DNA of 64,000 bases from Cirrosporium novae-zelandiae (GCA_026023565.1 JAPETS010000040.1:62001-126000), one strand, 5' to 3'; numbered from the stretch's first letter, positions 1-11,761 are shown. Translations and numbers: made by a program. The notes: generated by a model from the sequence alone, not told the origin.

Positions 1-812
1 GATATAGAATGTCGGATGAGTCAAGAACTTCCACGGCGTCCGCCTGGTAGTATGAGGCCGTGAATTCGTGCTCAGTTCAGTCCGGGAGTGTATCAATGGC
101 ATAGCCAGGCTGCCGCTAATCAGAGTGATTACTCCCCAGATTCGGAGCGTATTCCGCAATCCCAAGCTGCTGAGTAAAGCAGGGATGAGAAATGGCGTTC
201 CAGTGCCTACAATATTCTTGGCTGCCAGAATCACTCCATAGGCGTAGCTTTTCCGCTGAACGAACCATTCGTCGAGATCAAGTGTTGTTGGACTGTACAC
301 GAGAGCGCTTCCAAGACCGCAAAATATACCTTGTGTTACAATTAGATGCCAGACCGCTGTACTAGAAGCTGATATAATGAGACTGATGCTGGAAATTAGG
401 AGTCCGACAATGGCCGCTGTGCGCCTCCATCGAAATAGACGGCTAGAAAACAGTGTTGATAAGAAGGGAAGGGAGATATAGAGGACGCCATTAAGTGTTG
501 GACCAATAACTCCTGTGAGTCTGCTACTACCCTGCAGCTGAAAGTGTGTTGTATATTGCTCCTGGAGTACGCCATAAGATGTAACAAATCCTAAAAAAAG
601 AACAAATCAATTTACTTAAATCTTAAAGTCCCCTTGCACACCACTGTAGTAACAAACAAAATCTGGCTCTCACCCCAAATTGGAAACTGAAGGATGGAGC
701 TGCCAACTAGAACCATGGTAGCTGCTCTGCTACCGTCAGGCTGGGATGATGAGGCATTCGTTTGATGCTCAATTTCATCTCCGATGTGAAGGTCGAAGGT
801 GCTGTCAGTCAT
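1..812 (-). CDS. MFS monocarboxylate-transporter-like protein (MCT/Mch family); 3' end runs off the window
   Basis: Exon 812-674 (MTDSTF...QFPIWG), intron 673-591 (GTGAG..TTAG), then FVTSYGVLQEQY...WHLIVTQGIFCGLGSALVYSPTTLDLDEWFVQRKSYAYGV..., typical of fungal MCT-type MFS helices. Confidence 0.85.
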
Positions 813-1216
813 GGTGTATAAAGTCCACTGCTCGATGAAGTAAGTAAGTGATGCTTCTGTCGAGCATTCATGGCGGCTATGAATATTTTATCTCTAATTT
901 TTATGACGAGGTATTGTATTAGAAATCGCTACATAGACAATCCCTACTAGTAATAGCAGTTATAGCCGAGGAGGAGTCGAAACTGGTCGCCTGTTGACTA
1001 TTGCTCGCCTACTCTACTTCCCACCTTTGTTACATCCTTACTCACCTTTCCAAACAAAAAACTGATTTCATTCCACTTAAGATTCAGATGTGATACCTAG
1101 AGATTATATAATTAATACCATAAAACTTATCATTTTCCTATCCTTTCCATCTCCGTGATGCGTGATTTTTTTTAGAAAGCGTGATTGTATTATCGACACT
1201 TTTGTATTGTAATACT

Positions 1217-1567
1217 TTACAAACAAACACCATTAAAGTCGAGCCGATTCTTGTTAATAAAATCACGTCCCAACATCATGTCACATAGAAGGTCCTTCAC
1301 AACATAGAATTTGACATCGACATAAGTCTTGCGCAGTTGGCTAGTAGTAGTCCACTGCGGCCTGACGATCTCATTCAATATTTGTCTCCCCCCTGATAGT
1401 CCAACCACAGTGAGACTTTCAGGTTTAGATAGATGCTCTACCTCGAGACCTAAGGCTTCCACGATAGATAAACTAATTAAATTGTAATTTAAGCCGGAGT
1501 CTAGGTTAGCCTGAACGAGATTGTAAGTGGATTCCTTTTGGTTCCTATATTCGCCTGGGTTATAAAA
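1217..1567 (-). CDS. Retropepsin-like aspartic protease domain in the -1 frame relative to the upstream zinc-finger ORF
   Basis: Open frame 1567-1217 translates FYNPGEYRNQKESTYNLVQANLDSGLNYNLISLSIVEALGL...VVGLSGG...FYVVKDLLCDMMLGRDFI: D-S-G catalytic motif, N-x-I-S, flap and C-terminal LGRDF motif; no ATG upstream of the DSG motif. Confidence 0.75.
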   Translation of the reverse strand, partial: FYNPGEYRNQKESTYNLVQANLDSGLNYNLISLSIVEALGLEVEHLSKPESLTVVGLSGGRQILNEIVRPQWTTTSQLRKTYVDVKFYVVKDLLCDMMLGRDFINKNRLDFNGVCL

Positions 1568-3220
1568 TTATTATCTAGCCCATCTGAATTACCACCTTCA
1601 GGCAGCACTTCAGAACTGTCGGAGCTATATTCGACATCAGAATTCATTTCCTGAGGGAGAGTAGCGAGAGCGATTTCCTCCATATGTCGACCGAGGTGGG
1701 TTTTAAAGGCCCTCTCTGTGGGACCTGGGTTCTTGAGGCACAGAGGGCATTTCAAACTGCTCGCTGGTTTTGTTGGCTCTCTTTTTGCAGCATTGGTTGC
1801 GCTCTGGAAGTTTGGCTGCAGAAATGTAAATTTTGCCTCGTGCTTTTGTTGGAGATGATCTTCCCACTCAGTTGAGGATGGAAGTTTGGCGTCACACTCA
1901 GGACATTGCCAATATATATCTATATGATGATGATTAAATTCATGCTCCGCCCATTGTTTGCGGGTTGGGAATGTTACTAGCTCGGACTCGCAGTCTGAAA
2001 TTGTGCATATATAAGGTTGAAGATCAGCAAATATATGCATTCTAAACTTGTTAGCCTTAAGCTAAACCAGGTTTCAATATGAAATAGGGTACTCACTTCC
2101 ATTGTATCCGATCGCTAATATTTGAAAGGGTATGACCACATATATCGCATTTATATGACTCTCCACGGCTAAATTCTTCTGGCAGACGAGGGACGTGTGG
2201 TGTGCCGTTTCTACGCTCCGTAAAACCGGTTTTGAAGGAAGAGTGTGATGCCATGGAGACTGTATATGAAGATTTGGTATGAATCGAAGTATCTATCCCA
2301 GAATCGTGAAAAGTATTTGAAGAGGTAAAAATTTGAGCTATCTCAACAGGATCTTCGAAGGACTCATCAACAAATTCTTGTAGATTTTGTTTGGGTTCTT
2401 TTCGAACCCTGATATGCCGTTGCCAATTGGCTTCTCCTAGACGCTCCACAAGTACGGTGTCTGCGGATGAGAACTTGTCACGAATATTGTGGACATATAT
2501 CTCCGCTGGCTTGGATATCTTGAAGTTGGTAGGGCTGACTACCAATGCTTTTTTTGTGGCGAGCTCTAAGTGATTCGAAACATGTTCAAGGCTAGGTGCT
2601 AACTGCATCAGACAGTCGACATGAATTTTGATGCTTATACCCATGGTTCTATTAATTTCACCCTCATCTTCATCCTCATTTTCATTCTCACTTTCATCCT
2701 CATTTTCATCCTCACCTTCATCCTCATCTTCATCATTTGAATCCAGTTCATTGTCATTTTCATCATCGTAATCATCATACCCTGAGATGACAGAGCGACC
2801 CTTTTCGATTAGCGAATCTAGTTCCGATAAATATGTATTATATTCTGCATGTATAGACTGTGAGATTGCTAAATAGTAGCCTCAGTATATTGCTCCTATG
2901 TAGAAAGAAATGAAGTCTATATTCATGAGCCTGCAAGTGACGAACCTTTCAGAAGAACAATTCCAATCCCGTAGAGATTATCCAAGATATTATCTCTCAA
3001 ATGCTTAGAGTATTGTAGAACCTTGTCCCATTTTCCAGCATCGATACCTTCATGCCAGATGACGAATTTGGTAAAGGATTCTTTCAAATCACCTCTCTTT
3101 AACTTGATAGATTTTGCTGGTGCCGTGTTGGTAAAAATGAGTTTCCATGTTTGCGAGAAGACGTCGAAACAAGCTTGATAGAGCAACTCTACGATACCAG
3201 TCTCGTCATTTAGTATCTCG
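1501..3220 (-). CDS. Fungal C2H2 zinc-finger protein (WKxHIFADLQPYIC type) with helical N-terminus and acidic tract; start codon unresolved
   Basis: ORFs 3186-2923, 2644-2093 and 2040-1501 join through introns 2945-2869 (GTTCGT..TTAG) and 2096-2042 (GTGAGT..GCTAAC..TTAG); motifs CDICGH, WKMHIFADLQPYICTISDC, CPECD..HLQQKH, CPLC..HLGRHMEEIALATLP; no in-frame ATG found at the 5' end. Confidence 0.75.
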
Positions 3221-3543
3221 CCTCATTCAGAGTGGATGGCGTGCCAGGCAATCCAATTCTTTGTTCTGGGTCTTTGCAACCATTTCTCTTCGGTTTTGTT
3301 ATACTGTTTTTATTCGACGTAAGGAATAAGAATGCCAACTGTTCTTAAGATGCACAAAAGTTGAAGTTAACAGAGCGCATTATCTTGCTTAGCTCTGCCC
3401 AGCCTTTCTTGCAAGTATTCTAAAGGCTGGATCTATAATGATTGGTTTATTGTTTCCTGAACCCCGCGTTGGCAGACCACCAAGTGCTGTCTACAAGAAC
3501 CTGATAAAAGTATCATTCTATATTTTTATTTGGCCGATGCTCC

Positions 3544-4821
3544 ATGGCCGCGACAATAGGCATTACAAACGCCCCGAGAATTTTCAAAAAGAAGATTGAG
3601 AAATTTGGAGTCATTCAACAGGCTTCCCAGCTCCTTTATTATGCCCTCGGCCAAGCTTGTTCAAGGCATCCGGAACATCAGGCTCATTTTAGCTTGCAAC
3701 CAAAATATGATCTTTCAAATGGACTCTCTAGTCCCGCCGTTCGCTTTAGTATAGGCTATACTCATCGAGTGCTTGGTGGATGTAGAAATGAAAGCCAAGA
3801 CAACATTGTTTGGTTTTTCGTTAAGTCGATTATGAATCATGCGAATTTGGGGGATAATGGGAAATCATCCCTCATACTGAACGATCTGACCAAAACACTC
3901 AAGAGGCAAAATGAGAACGCTTTTCCACAGTCTACATCAAAATGCCGTAGAAAGTCTATACAATTTTGTACACCAACAGAACCGCCCACAAGTTCTAAAG
4001 GTCTGGCGGCCTCTAATAGTCTTCCTCTACCAAACTCCGTACTAGACCAAGCGTTACCCGACCTTTGTATGCGGCGAAATTTCTGCAATCAGATACAACA
4101 GTACTGCCATCAGAGCTCAGATTGTTGCATTGGATTGCTAGCGAAGACAAACAATTGCCAGCACCTAGTATACTCTGTAGCACAGCGAGACGGACAGTCC
4201 TCTGATTCGACGTCATCTCTCATCTCATTTATATGCGATAGAGTAAGGACTAGTGGGCTCTCAATATTCGAACGATTACACATTGCGAAACTTCTAGCAA
4301 TGACAGTTCTTCAATTCCATGCCACCCCTTGGCTTAAAGAATCTTGGCGTAGTAAGGATATCCTAATGCTGAATATTAATCCTTCACCTACCGTTAAAGT
4401 ATCCCTAACAAATAATTTGCACTTGAATGTTTCTGTCAAAGGTCCTAATAGCGTCATTTCAACAGCGACAACATCATCTTCTAGGACCATCGAACCTAAC
4501 CCACTTTTATTTGGGCTTGGGGTTATTTTCCTTGAATTAGCATATAAGGCCCCTCTGCGAAGCAAGCTGCTTCCAATAGACTTGACAGATGGACGGGAGG
4601 ATTGCTATACGGAATTCCATATGGCTAAAAGATTGAGTAAGTTCGGGAGTACAGATATGGGTTTAAATTATAACAACATTGTGAGGAAATGCTTGTCTTG
4701 TGACCTTGGCCATGGAGATGATCTTAACCATCCCGAACTTCAAGCGGCATTCTATAGAGACGTTATATGTGAACTTGGGAGTCTGGAAGAGAGTCTTGAA
4801 AAATTGGGACTAGGTGACTGA
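3544..4821 (+). CDS. DUF7580-like (kinase-like C-lobe) fungal protein, probably N-terminally truncated
   Basis: 425-aa ORF with ERLHIAKLLAMTVLQFHATPWLKESWRSKDI, LFGLGVIFLELAY, MGLNYNNIVRKCLSCD, LQAAFYRDVICEL. Confidence 0.75.
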   Translation: MAATIGITNAPRIFKKKIEKFGVIQQASQLLYYALGQACSRHPEHQAHFSLQPKYDLSNGLSSPAVRFSIGYTHRVLGGCRNESQDNIVWFFVKSIMNHANLGDNGKSSLILNDLTKTLKRQNENAFPQSTSKCRRKSIQFCTPTEPPTSSKGLAASNSLPLPNSVLDQALPDLCMRRNFCNQIQQYCHQSSDCCIGLLAKTNNCQHLVYSVAQRDGQSSDSTSSLISFICDRVRTSGLSIFERLHIAKLLAMTVLQFHATPWLKESWRSKDILMLNINPSPTVKVSLTNNLHLNVSVKGPNSVISTATTSSSRTIEPNPLLFGLGVIFLELAYKAPLRSKLLPIDLTDGREDCYTEFHMAKRLSKFGSTDMGLNYNNIVRKCLSCDLGHGDDLNHPELQAAFYRDVICELGSLEESLEKLGLGD

Positions 4822-6073
4822 CCATATTTGGAAGCGTTTGAATTTTTCTGCACTTGTTTGAATTTCAGAAACTCCAGTTGTTCAATAGATAATTGTGTAC
4901 TCATTAACCCCTAAATTATCCAAGAAGATGCCAACGCGCTACCCCGCGTTCCCCCCTTAGTGGATCCCTTAGGCCTTGGGGTTGCAAGGCTGCCAAGGGT
5001 GACGGAAGTTCGCGCGTTTCCGAACTCCCATAAGTTCTAATTGGACAAACACCAAATCCGACAACCTTCAAATTTCTTAGTCCACCGTTCGAGGATGGTT
5101 GTGCGATAATAAACCAGTCAAAATTTAAATGACAAGCACAGTAAGGCACCCAGAATGTTCTTCTCAGAACCTCGCCGTCGTCCATTCGTGGAGCCTTGAA
5201 TTCGCTCAGCCGCGTTCGTAGAAATTTGGTTGGGCGTAGACAACCATGATGCGGCGGCTTCCGACATATCTCTAACATATCCAACAACCACGAAAACTAG
5301 GATAGGTAGTTCAACACAACCCCAACTACCCCAAACAAATACGAGCCAGAGGATTGATTAATGGCGAAAAGGATTCGGTTTCCTATACTTTTTTCAACTC
5401 TAGAAAATCAGCTAAAACTTTGACAAATATCCAACCAAGCTGGCGGGCGTGGCCGTCTCGGCCATTTCCACCATGCTGAATACGGTTGTGTGGACGATTA
5501 TGGACGAGATGGGAAACCCCCCTGGGTCGTATGACTGACGATGCTCACTGATTTGCTGTGATTTTTTCTCTATTCCGTGTTAGATTCTTCTCCAAGTGTC
5601 CTTTTGTCTTTTGCGCTTTTCCTTTTTGCCTATCATGAGGACGGTCATAGTGGTGATGATGGGGTTGGCAATCGCCAGCTTCAGCATCCTTCTCAGTCAT
5701 AGCTCTGGAAATTCCGGATGTTGGAGTGCTTTAGGAAATAGATATAATCTGGTCTTTTATCCCATGTCAGTTATCTTTTTTTTTCTCATCATCATCATCT
5801 TGATATATAATCAGTTGTGAATATCTTCTTTAATCGATCTGTCGATAATTTTGATACCTATCAAACAAAAAGAGCTCTCCACTCCAAATATATACTCCTC
5901 TCCTCTATCAATAACTTGCTCAAGTTAATCTGCAACCCTAATCCCAACTCCCTACCTCGAGGTTCTCCACGGTTACATCTGAAGAAACAGCTGTCAACCA
6001 ACTAAACCCGACATCCCAGTCACATTATTCAAATCTCAAACAAAACCACACCCACAAAAAACCACTATTCAAA

Positions 6074-6383
6074 ATGGTTACCGTTGCTCAACACCCTTCT
6101 TCCGCTCTCCGTGGTGCCTGGGGCCCTCGCGTCAAGGCCATTGGCGTCATCGGTGTCGTTGCATTCGGAATCTACAAATCCGTATGTCCTCACCTCTCTT
6201 CTCTCCTCTCTCCTCTTTTCTATCCACCTTAATTGGACTACCGCTACCAAAAAAAGAAATCAAGCGCTAACATTAAAATAGCTCAACTACGAACTCAGTC
6301 ACATCAATGACCGCTTCGAGGCCCGCAACAGACAGCTGGCTAAATATGAAGTCAAGCCTGAGGTCTTGCCTAAAACTGCATAA
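6074..6383 (+). CDS. 69-aa single-pass membrane microprotein (2 exons)
   Basis: CAAAATGG start; exon 6074-6181, intron 6182-6281 (GTATGT..GCTAAC..TAG), exon 6282-6383; MVTVAQHPSSALRGAWGPRVKAIGVIGVVAFGIYKS|LNYELSHINDRFEARNRQLAKYEVKPEVLPKTA; C/T-ending codon bias. Confidence 0.75.
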
Positions 6384-8030
6384 ATCCTAATACGGCGATA
6401 ACACCTTATCATCATCATAATTTATCATGAAGGAGTTTTAGCTGGAGTGTGAATTTCGTTGGTTTTTTCATTGGCTTTTAAGTAGAAGAGGAGGAGGAGG
6501 AAGTGGAGGTGTGATGGGTGGATGAATGGATGGATGGATGATTCAACTGGCAAACTGATCTGAAACGACAGCTTGTTCAGGAGGGGCTCATGCATACATA
6601 CACACACGCATCATTTGGTTCGATCGATCGATCGATTGCTTGAATACCCAGTCCGCAGTTTTCATTCCTGCACATATTATATACCACATTTCATTTTTTT
6701 TTAACTTTAGTGATGGAAAGAGAGGCAGGAGGGAGGGGGAAAGGACATCTTTTGCTGTACAGACAGATACATAGATGGACTTGATATGGGAATCCATCAG
6801 CCCTTATGAAAATATAACCCTTTACTTGCCTTCCAATGACGGGAACGGGACACACACATACACACGAAAGGGAAGGGAGAGGACTGACTTCTTGCTGTGC
6901 ATATGTATATGGATTTGGATAGTATTTGAAAATACTAAAAAAAAACTGTTTAAAGTCTTCATTTTTTTCTAAGCCCCCTTCTAGAAGAGAGTCCTTTTAG
7001 TTCTCTAGAGAATTATTATTATTATTATTATTATTATTATGTATGTGCTTTTTCTTTTGGGGGTTATGGTTAGGGTGGATGGATGGATATCCTCTACCTG
7101 CCTACCTAGGTGGGTGGGTATTTAACCTACAAGATCATCATCATCATTATCATGTTGTGAATGAATAAAGTTCGATCGGAATCCCATGCCTCCTTAACCT
7201 TCTTAACCCTCTTAACGCCTGTTGCAATATGCTTGCTACACTATTCTACCCAAGTACACTCAGTAGCTATCTATATCCAGGGCCAACTATATGTCCAAGC
7301 TTCTTTTATACCCATACTCCATATTCACACACCTCATACCACTCATACCCCGAAGCATGCATGCACGATATGATACGACATACTGATAACGACATAACGA
7401 CTACGACTACTTCGAAGGCGTGATCAGTGTGATCGGGTCTTGAATTAAACATTATACAGTCGGTAGCTTAATTTGGCTTTTTTTGTTCCATTGTCATTGG
7501 CAATATCATACCCAACTACCCAACTACCTATCTCATACAAGTAGCTTAACTTAACTAGGCTTTTGTGTTCCATATTATCATTATCGTTAAGATCATATCC
7601 ACCGCGCCCTCCATCCATTCAGGGGAAGAAGGAGGTGTCTTATCTATCTTAACTACCAATCTATAGTCCCATTTATATCTATATCCATATCCACATCTAC
7701 GTTCGCATTCGCATTCGTTTTCGCATTCCGTTGAGTTATCAAAAGGTGACTGGGTTTATTGAATAACCTAATATTGCATGATGCAGTGCAGTGCAGTGCG
7801 TAACTCAACAACACATTCTACTTGTTCTCCCCCCGAGAGCTGAAACGAGACGAGATGGAGAAAATAGAGGGAAAAAAAAAAAACAGAAAGCATATCCTAC
7901 CACCTCACTTCATCTACTAACCTCTAACCTCCTCCTAACTCCGTCCCAATTCTAACCTTTCCTTTCTTTTAAAAACATACCCATATTTTTCTCTTTCCTC
8001 ATCTTCTTTTATATATAATCTATTCATTTA

Positions 8031-8034
<4 letters not shown>

Positions 8035-8064
<30 letters not shown>

Positions 8065-8149
8065 CATACATACATACATACATACATACATACATACATA
8101 CATACATACATACATACATACATACATACATACATACATACATACATAC
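8035..8149. repeat. (TACA)n microsatellite, about 28 units
   Basis: Perfect tetranucleotide run. Confidence 0.98.
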
Positions 8150-10159
8150 TTTTACCTTTCGTAAACGATAGAATATAGATGTTTTGGGAGTCTAAGCTAG
8201 ATGAGGTGTTGCGGTTGTGGTTATGTTGGGAGTACCTGTGCTTGTGAAGTGGGATGGATAGGTTTGGTGGCAGGTGCGTGGATGGGGAGAGATGGGTATT
8301 AAGGGGGAGGAGGTCTCTCTGTTTGGAAGGGAAAGGGATTATGGCTGTGGGCTGTGATTGTTGGGAGGGGGAAAGGGAGAAGGGTTATATAGTTAGTTAT
8401 TTTGGAAGCTCTCTGTTTGTAAAGGAGAGGAGATGTGTAATGAAAATAGTTTAGACGGGGGAGGGGAAGGCTGGACTTGCGATTGAGAAGCGATGTTGTA
8501 CTCTATATATATATACTAGGCAGATATCTGTAGAAAGAGTTGTGGTTAGTTTGCCATAGATAATGATTGATGGAGTAAGTTAGTGTTGTGGAGAATGGGA
8601 GATGGAGACGGGGACAGTCCTTTTGGACTTATCCTCATTTTTGCCTTGGGTGAATTCCTAAGCGTGGTAGTGAGGATAGGTTATAGGGAAGGTTATGTTA
8701 TTGGTTCATGGTAAATGCGCTGCGATCTGGAGTTCTTGGGATTGCTTGAATTGGTTTGGTATTGAATGAGGTCAAGGTTTGATATATAAAAGTGGAGTAG
8801 AATAGATAGAGAACACTGATACCAGTGTGACCAATCACTAGCGCTTTTGGGAATTAAACCTAACCTAGTATTTATGGCATCCGACAGGTAGTAAACAAAG
8901 GTAGGTGATGTAATGATAGGGTAATTCAGATTCTAGAGATGAATCAAAAGTAGCCGCCAGCGTGTAGTCTCTTATCCTGCTCAACAACTCGGCTCAAAAA
9001 TAAAGGTAAACTGTAGCGACTATTTAAGAAAAGAGACCATTAAGGTATGGAGGCAATAAACATACTAGCCCCAGTGGGCAAGACTTTGTGTTATATTAGG
9101 TATTAAGTAAGCATACAGGCAAAACAATCCATGTTCATACATTTAGTATATCATGATCGCTAGGATTGACATTGATTATATAAACCCTCAGATTAGCTCT
9201 CTGGTTCACAGCGACAACTCAGCGTTCCTTGGATGGTCGGCTGGCTATCTCCAAATTTGGCTTTTGACACTAATCCTCATCATCGGGTCTCACAAAGGGG
9301 GGGGAAATGCTAAAGCGGACTGGACATATGAACCTGCAGATGACACGTTAGTGCATGTTAGTAAAGATAGATAGAGTCAGAACTCACGGAGCACTTGCTC
9401 AGATTGAAAACTATATGTATTGCTCATCATAGGGCTGGAGATAAGTCTCATAATCCGTCGACTTGTTTGGTCCATAGGTTTGACAAAGCAATACCGGAAT
9501 ACCATTAGCACCAGGTTTAGAGAATTTATCACCAGGGGGGGACCCTCCGGGCAAATGTGTCGTCACTGCTTGCTAACACGCTCTAATCTAGCCGCAGGCG
9601 AAGTGAAGGGTTATCTCAGATTTCTGTTCCAGTTATCAGTCTTCGATGAACGCCTTGAAAGGTCGAACAGCTCGTGGAAGCTCTGGTGATATTCATCTTC
9701 ACAGAAACCACATCTAAAGAGAAGAGATAATATTAGTTTTTAATTCAAGCTCAATTCAAAGAGTGTGGGGTGTTTGGAGGGGGGAAATTATCTCTTACCA
9801 TTTGCCTGTATGTTGTTGAGAGGAAGAGGTTGAGAGACGCGACGGAAATCAATTTATGGGGTCGCGAAAATCGCGGAACAACGTCATAGCGCCGATAAAT
9901 TTTGAGGCTCCAACACCACTCACAGAAAAACACATTGTCCCTGTAAACAGCCTATATTGTACCAAAGTCTCTTTAGTTAAAAAAGCCGATTACGGCACAA
10001 TGGCCCACTTTCAACAATTAACTCAAAATGAAGTGGCAAGACCCAGACTCTGAGTGGGAAAGCGATTTTGGTTACGATCCACCAACACCACCCCGAGTAG
10101 AGCGTCGGGGAAAAGAGAAGGAGAAAGAAAAGGGAAAAGAAAAACAAAAGCCAGAAACA

Positions 10160-11761
10160 ATGTCTTCATGGCTTGAACGACAAGCCACCTCGCACAATGC
10201 ACAGCTTGCACTAACCGCTGTTGCCTCTGGTGCGCTGGTTGCGGGCGCTATATTTGGCTTTCAATCTATTAGGAGGCAAGCCGCTGTGGAAGAATTAAAA
10301 GCTTCAATACCAGATCTTGATGAACATTACCAGGCGGAGAAGGCATGTCCTCTGTGACTATATAGATAAAATAGGCTGACCAGTGCGAGTGAAGCTCACA
10401 GAATATGGAACTGCTTCTCCAGTCCCATTGTCACCTAGAGAAAATGGGAGAAGTACTCTCGCCTTAAGAGCGAAGCAGGGTGACTACGATAATGGTAAGT
10501 CAGACAGTCGCCGCTTAAATTATTCTAATGCGTTTCAGATCTTATACATGAACAACTTGCCCGTAACAAGGTCTTCCTGACCGATGAAGGCCTTGCAAAA
10601 CTCCGATCCTCCTTCGTCATAGTGGTCGGCTGCGGTGGGGTTGGATCTCATGCTACAGCAGCCCTTGCCCGGTCGGGGGTCTCAAAGATACGTCTCATAG
10701 ACTTTGATCAAGTAACACTTTCATCCCTCAATCGCCATGCTCTTGCAACCTTGGCCGATGTTGGAACACCCAAGGTTCACTGCATAAGAAAGCACATGGA
10801 GCAAATAGTCCCTTGGGTACATTTTGATTGCCGTAACGAGCTCTTCAGCGAGGATGTTGCTGCCACGCAACTCGAGGCTTGGGATGGAAAGAAACCCGAT
10901 TTCATCGTCGATGCAATTGACAATATTGAAAGCAAGGTTGCCCTGCTCCACTACTGTTATACGAATTCCTTACCTGTTATCTCGTCCATGGGTGCTGGCT
11001 GTAAATCGGATCCTACACGTATCTTCGTTGGTGATATCTCCGCAAGTATAGAGGATCCTTTATCAAGAAGCGTCCGGGTAAGGTTAAGGCAAAAAGGAAT
11101 TACTAAAGGTATCCCTGTTGTGTTTTCTACAGAGAAGCCTGGTCCGGGGAAAGCACAGCTTATGCCTCTGGCGGATGAAGAGTTCGAGAAAGGGGAGGTT
11201 GGCGAGTTAGGCGTTCTGCCTGACTTCAGAGTTCGGATCCTACCTGTGCTAGGTACAATGCCAGCTGTCTTTGGCTATTCTGTAGCCAATCACGTCATCA
11301 TGGAAATCACTGGCTACCCGCATGAATATCTACCTAGCAAAGGTCGAGAAAAGATGTACGATGGAATTCTAGCAAATCTACAAGGCATCGAAGAACGATT
11401 AGCTAGATGGGCTGGTGAAGATGCCCTCGGGCTCCGTATTCCTGTGAATAAAAATGATGTAGGCTATCTGGTCGAAGAGGTCTATAAGGGAAAAAGTGTG
11501 GTAACTAGTCTCCCTACTCGACTAGTTTTGATTCGCTGGGAAGCATCCAGTGACTACACTCCAGACCAGCGATGGGATGGTCAAAAGGTTGCCAAACTAA
11601 ATCTAAACGATTTGGTGGTAATGACAAAGGATGAGGCGGTAAAACATGAGACGCTTGTTCTCAAGGAAAAGAAGTCCGCTGAAGAGGTATATGGTTCCGA
11701 GGTTGTGGAATTGGTCAAACGGAGAATGAAGGAGGAGGAAGTGTATGGAAGATACAGATAA
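10160..11761 (+). CDS. TCD2: tRNA threonylcarbamoyladenosine dehydratase (Tcd1/Tcd2, ThiF/E1-like family)
   Basis: MSSWLERQ..TM helix; introns 10343-10394 (GC-AG) and 10495-10538; EQLARNKVFL, VVGCGGVGSH, DFDQVTLSSLNRH, SSMGAGCKSDPTR, GIPVVFSTEKP; in-frame upstream ATG at 10028; TCD1 vs TCD2 not distinguishable. Confidence 0.9.

Noticed and set aside
1217..2040. LTR retrotransposon gag-pol
   Set aside because: Host gene has spliceosomal introns and C2H2 rather than CCHC fingers; no RT, integrase or LTR follows the protease
4905..4914. TAACCCCTAA as a telomerase RNA template
   Set aside because: Four C rather than the TAACCCTAA expected for TTAGGG, and no recognisable pseudoknot
4916..5287. 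123-aa minus-strand ORF; Helitron 3' end
   Set aside because: No recognisable protein features; the hairpin is not followed by CTRR at the expected spacing
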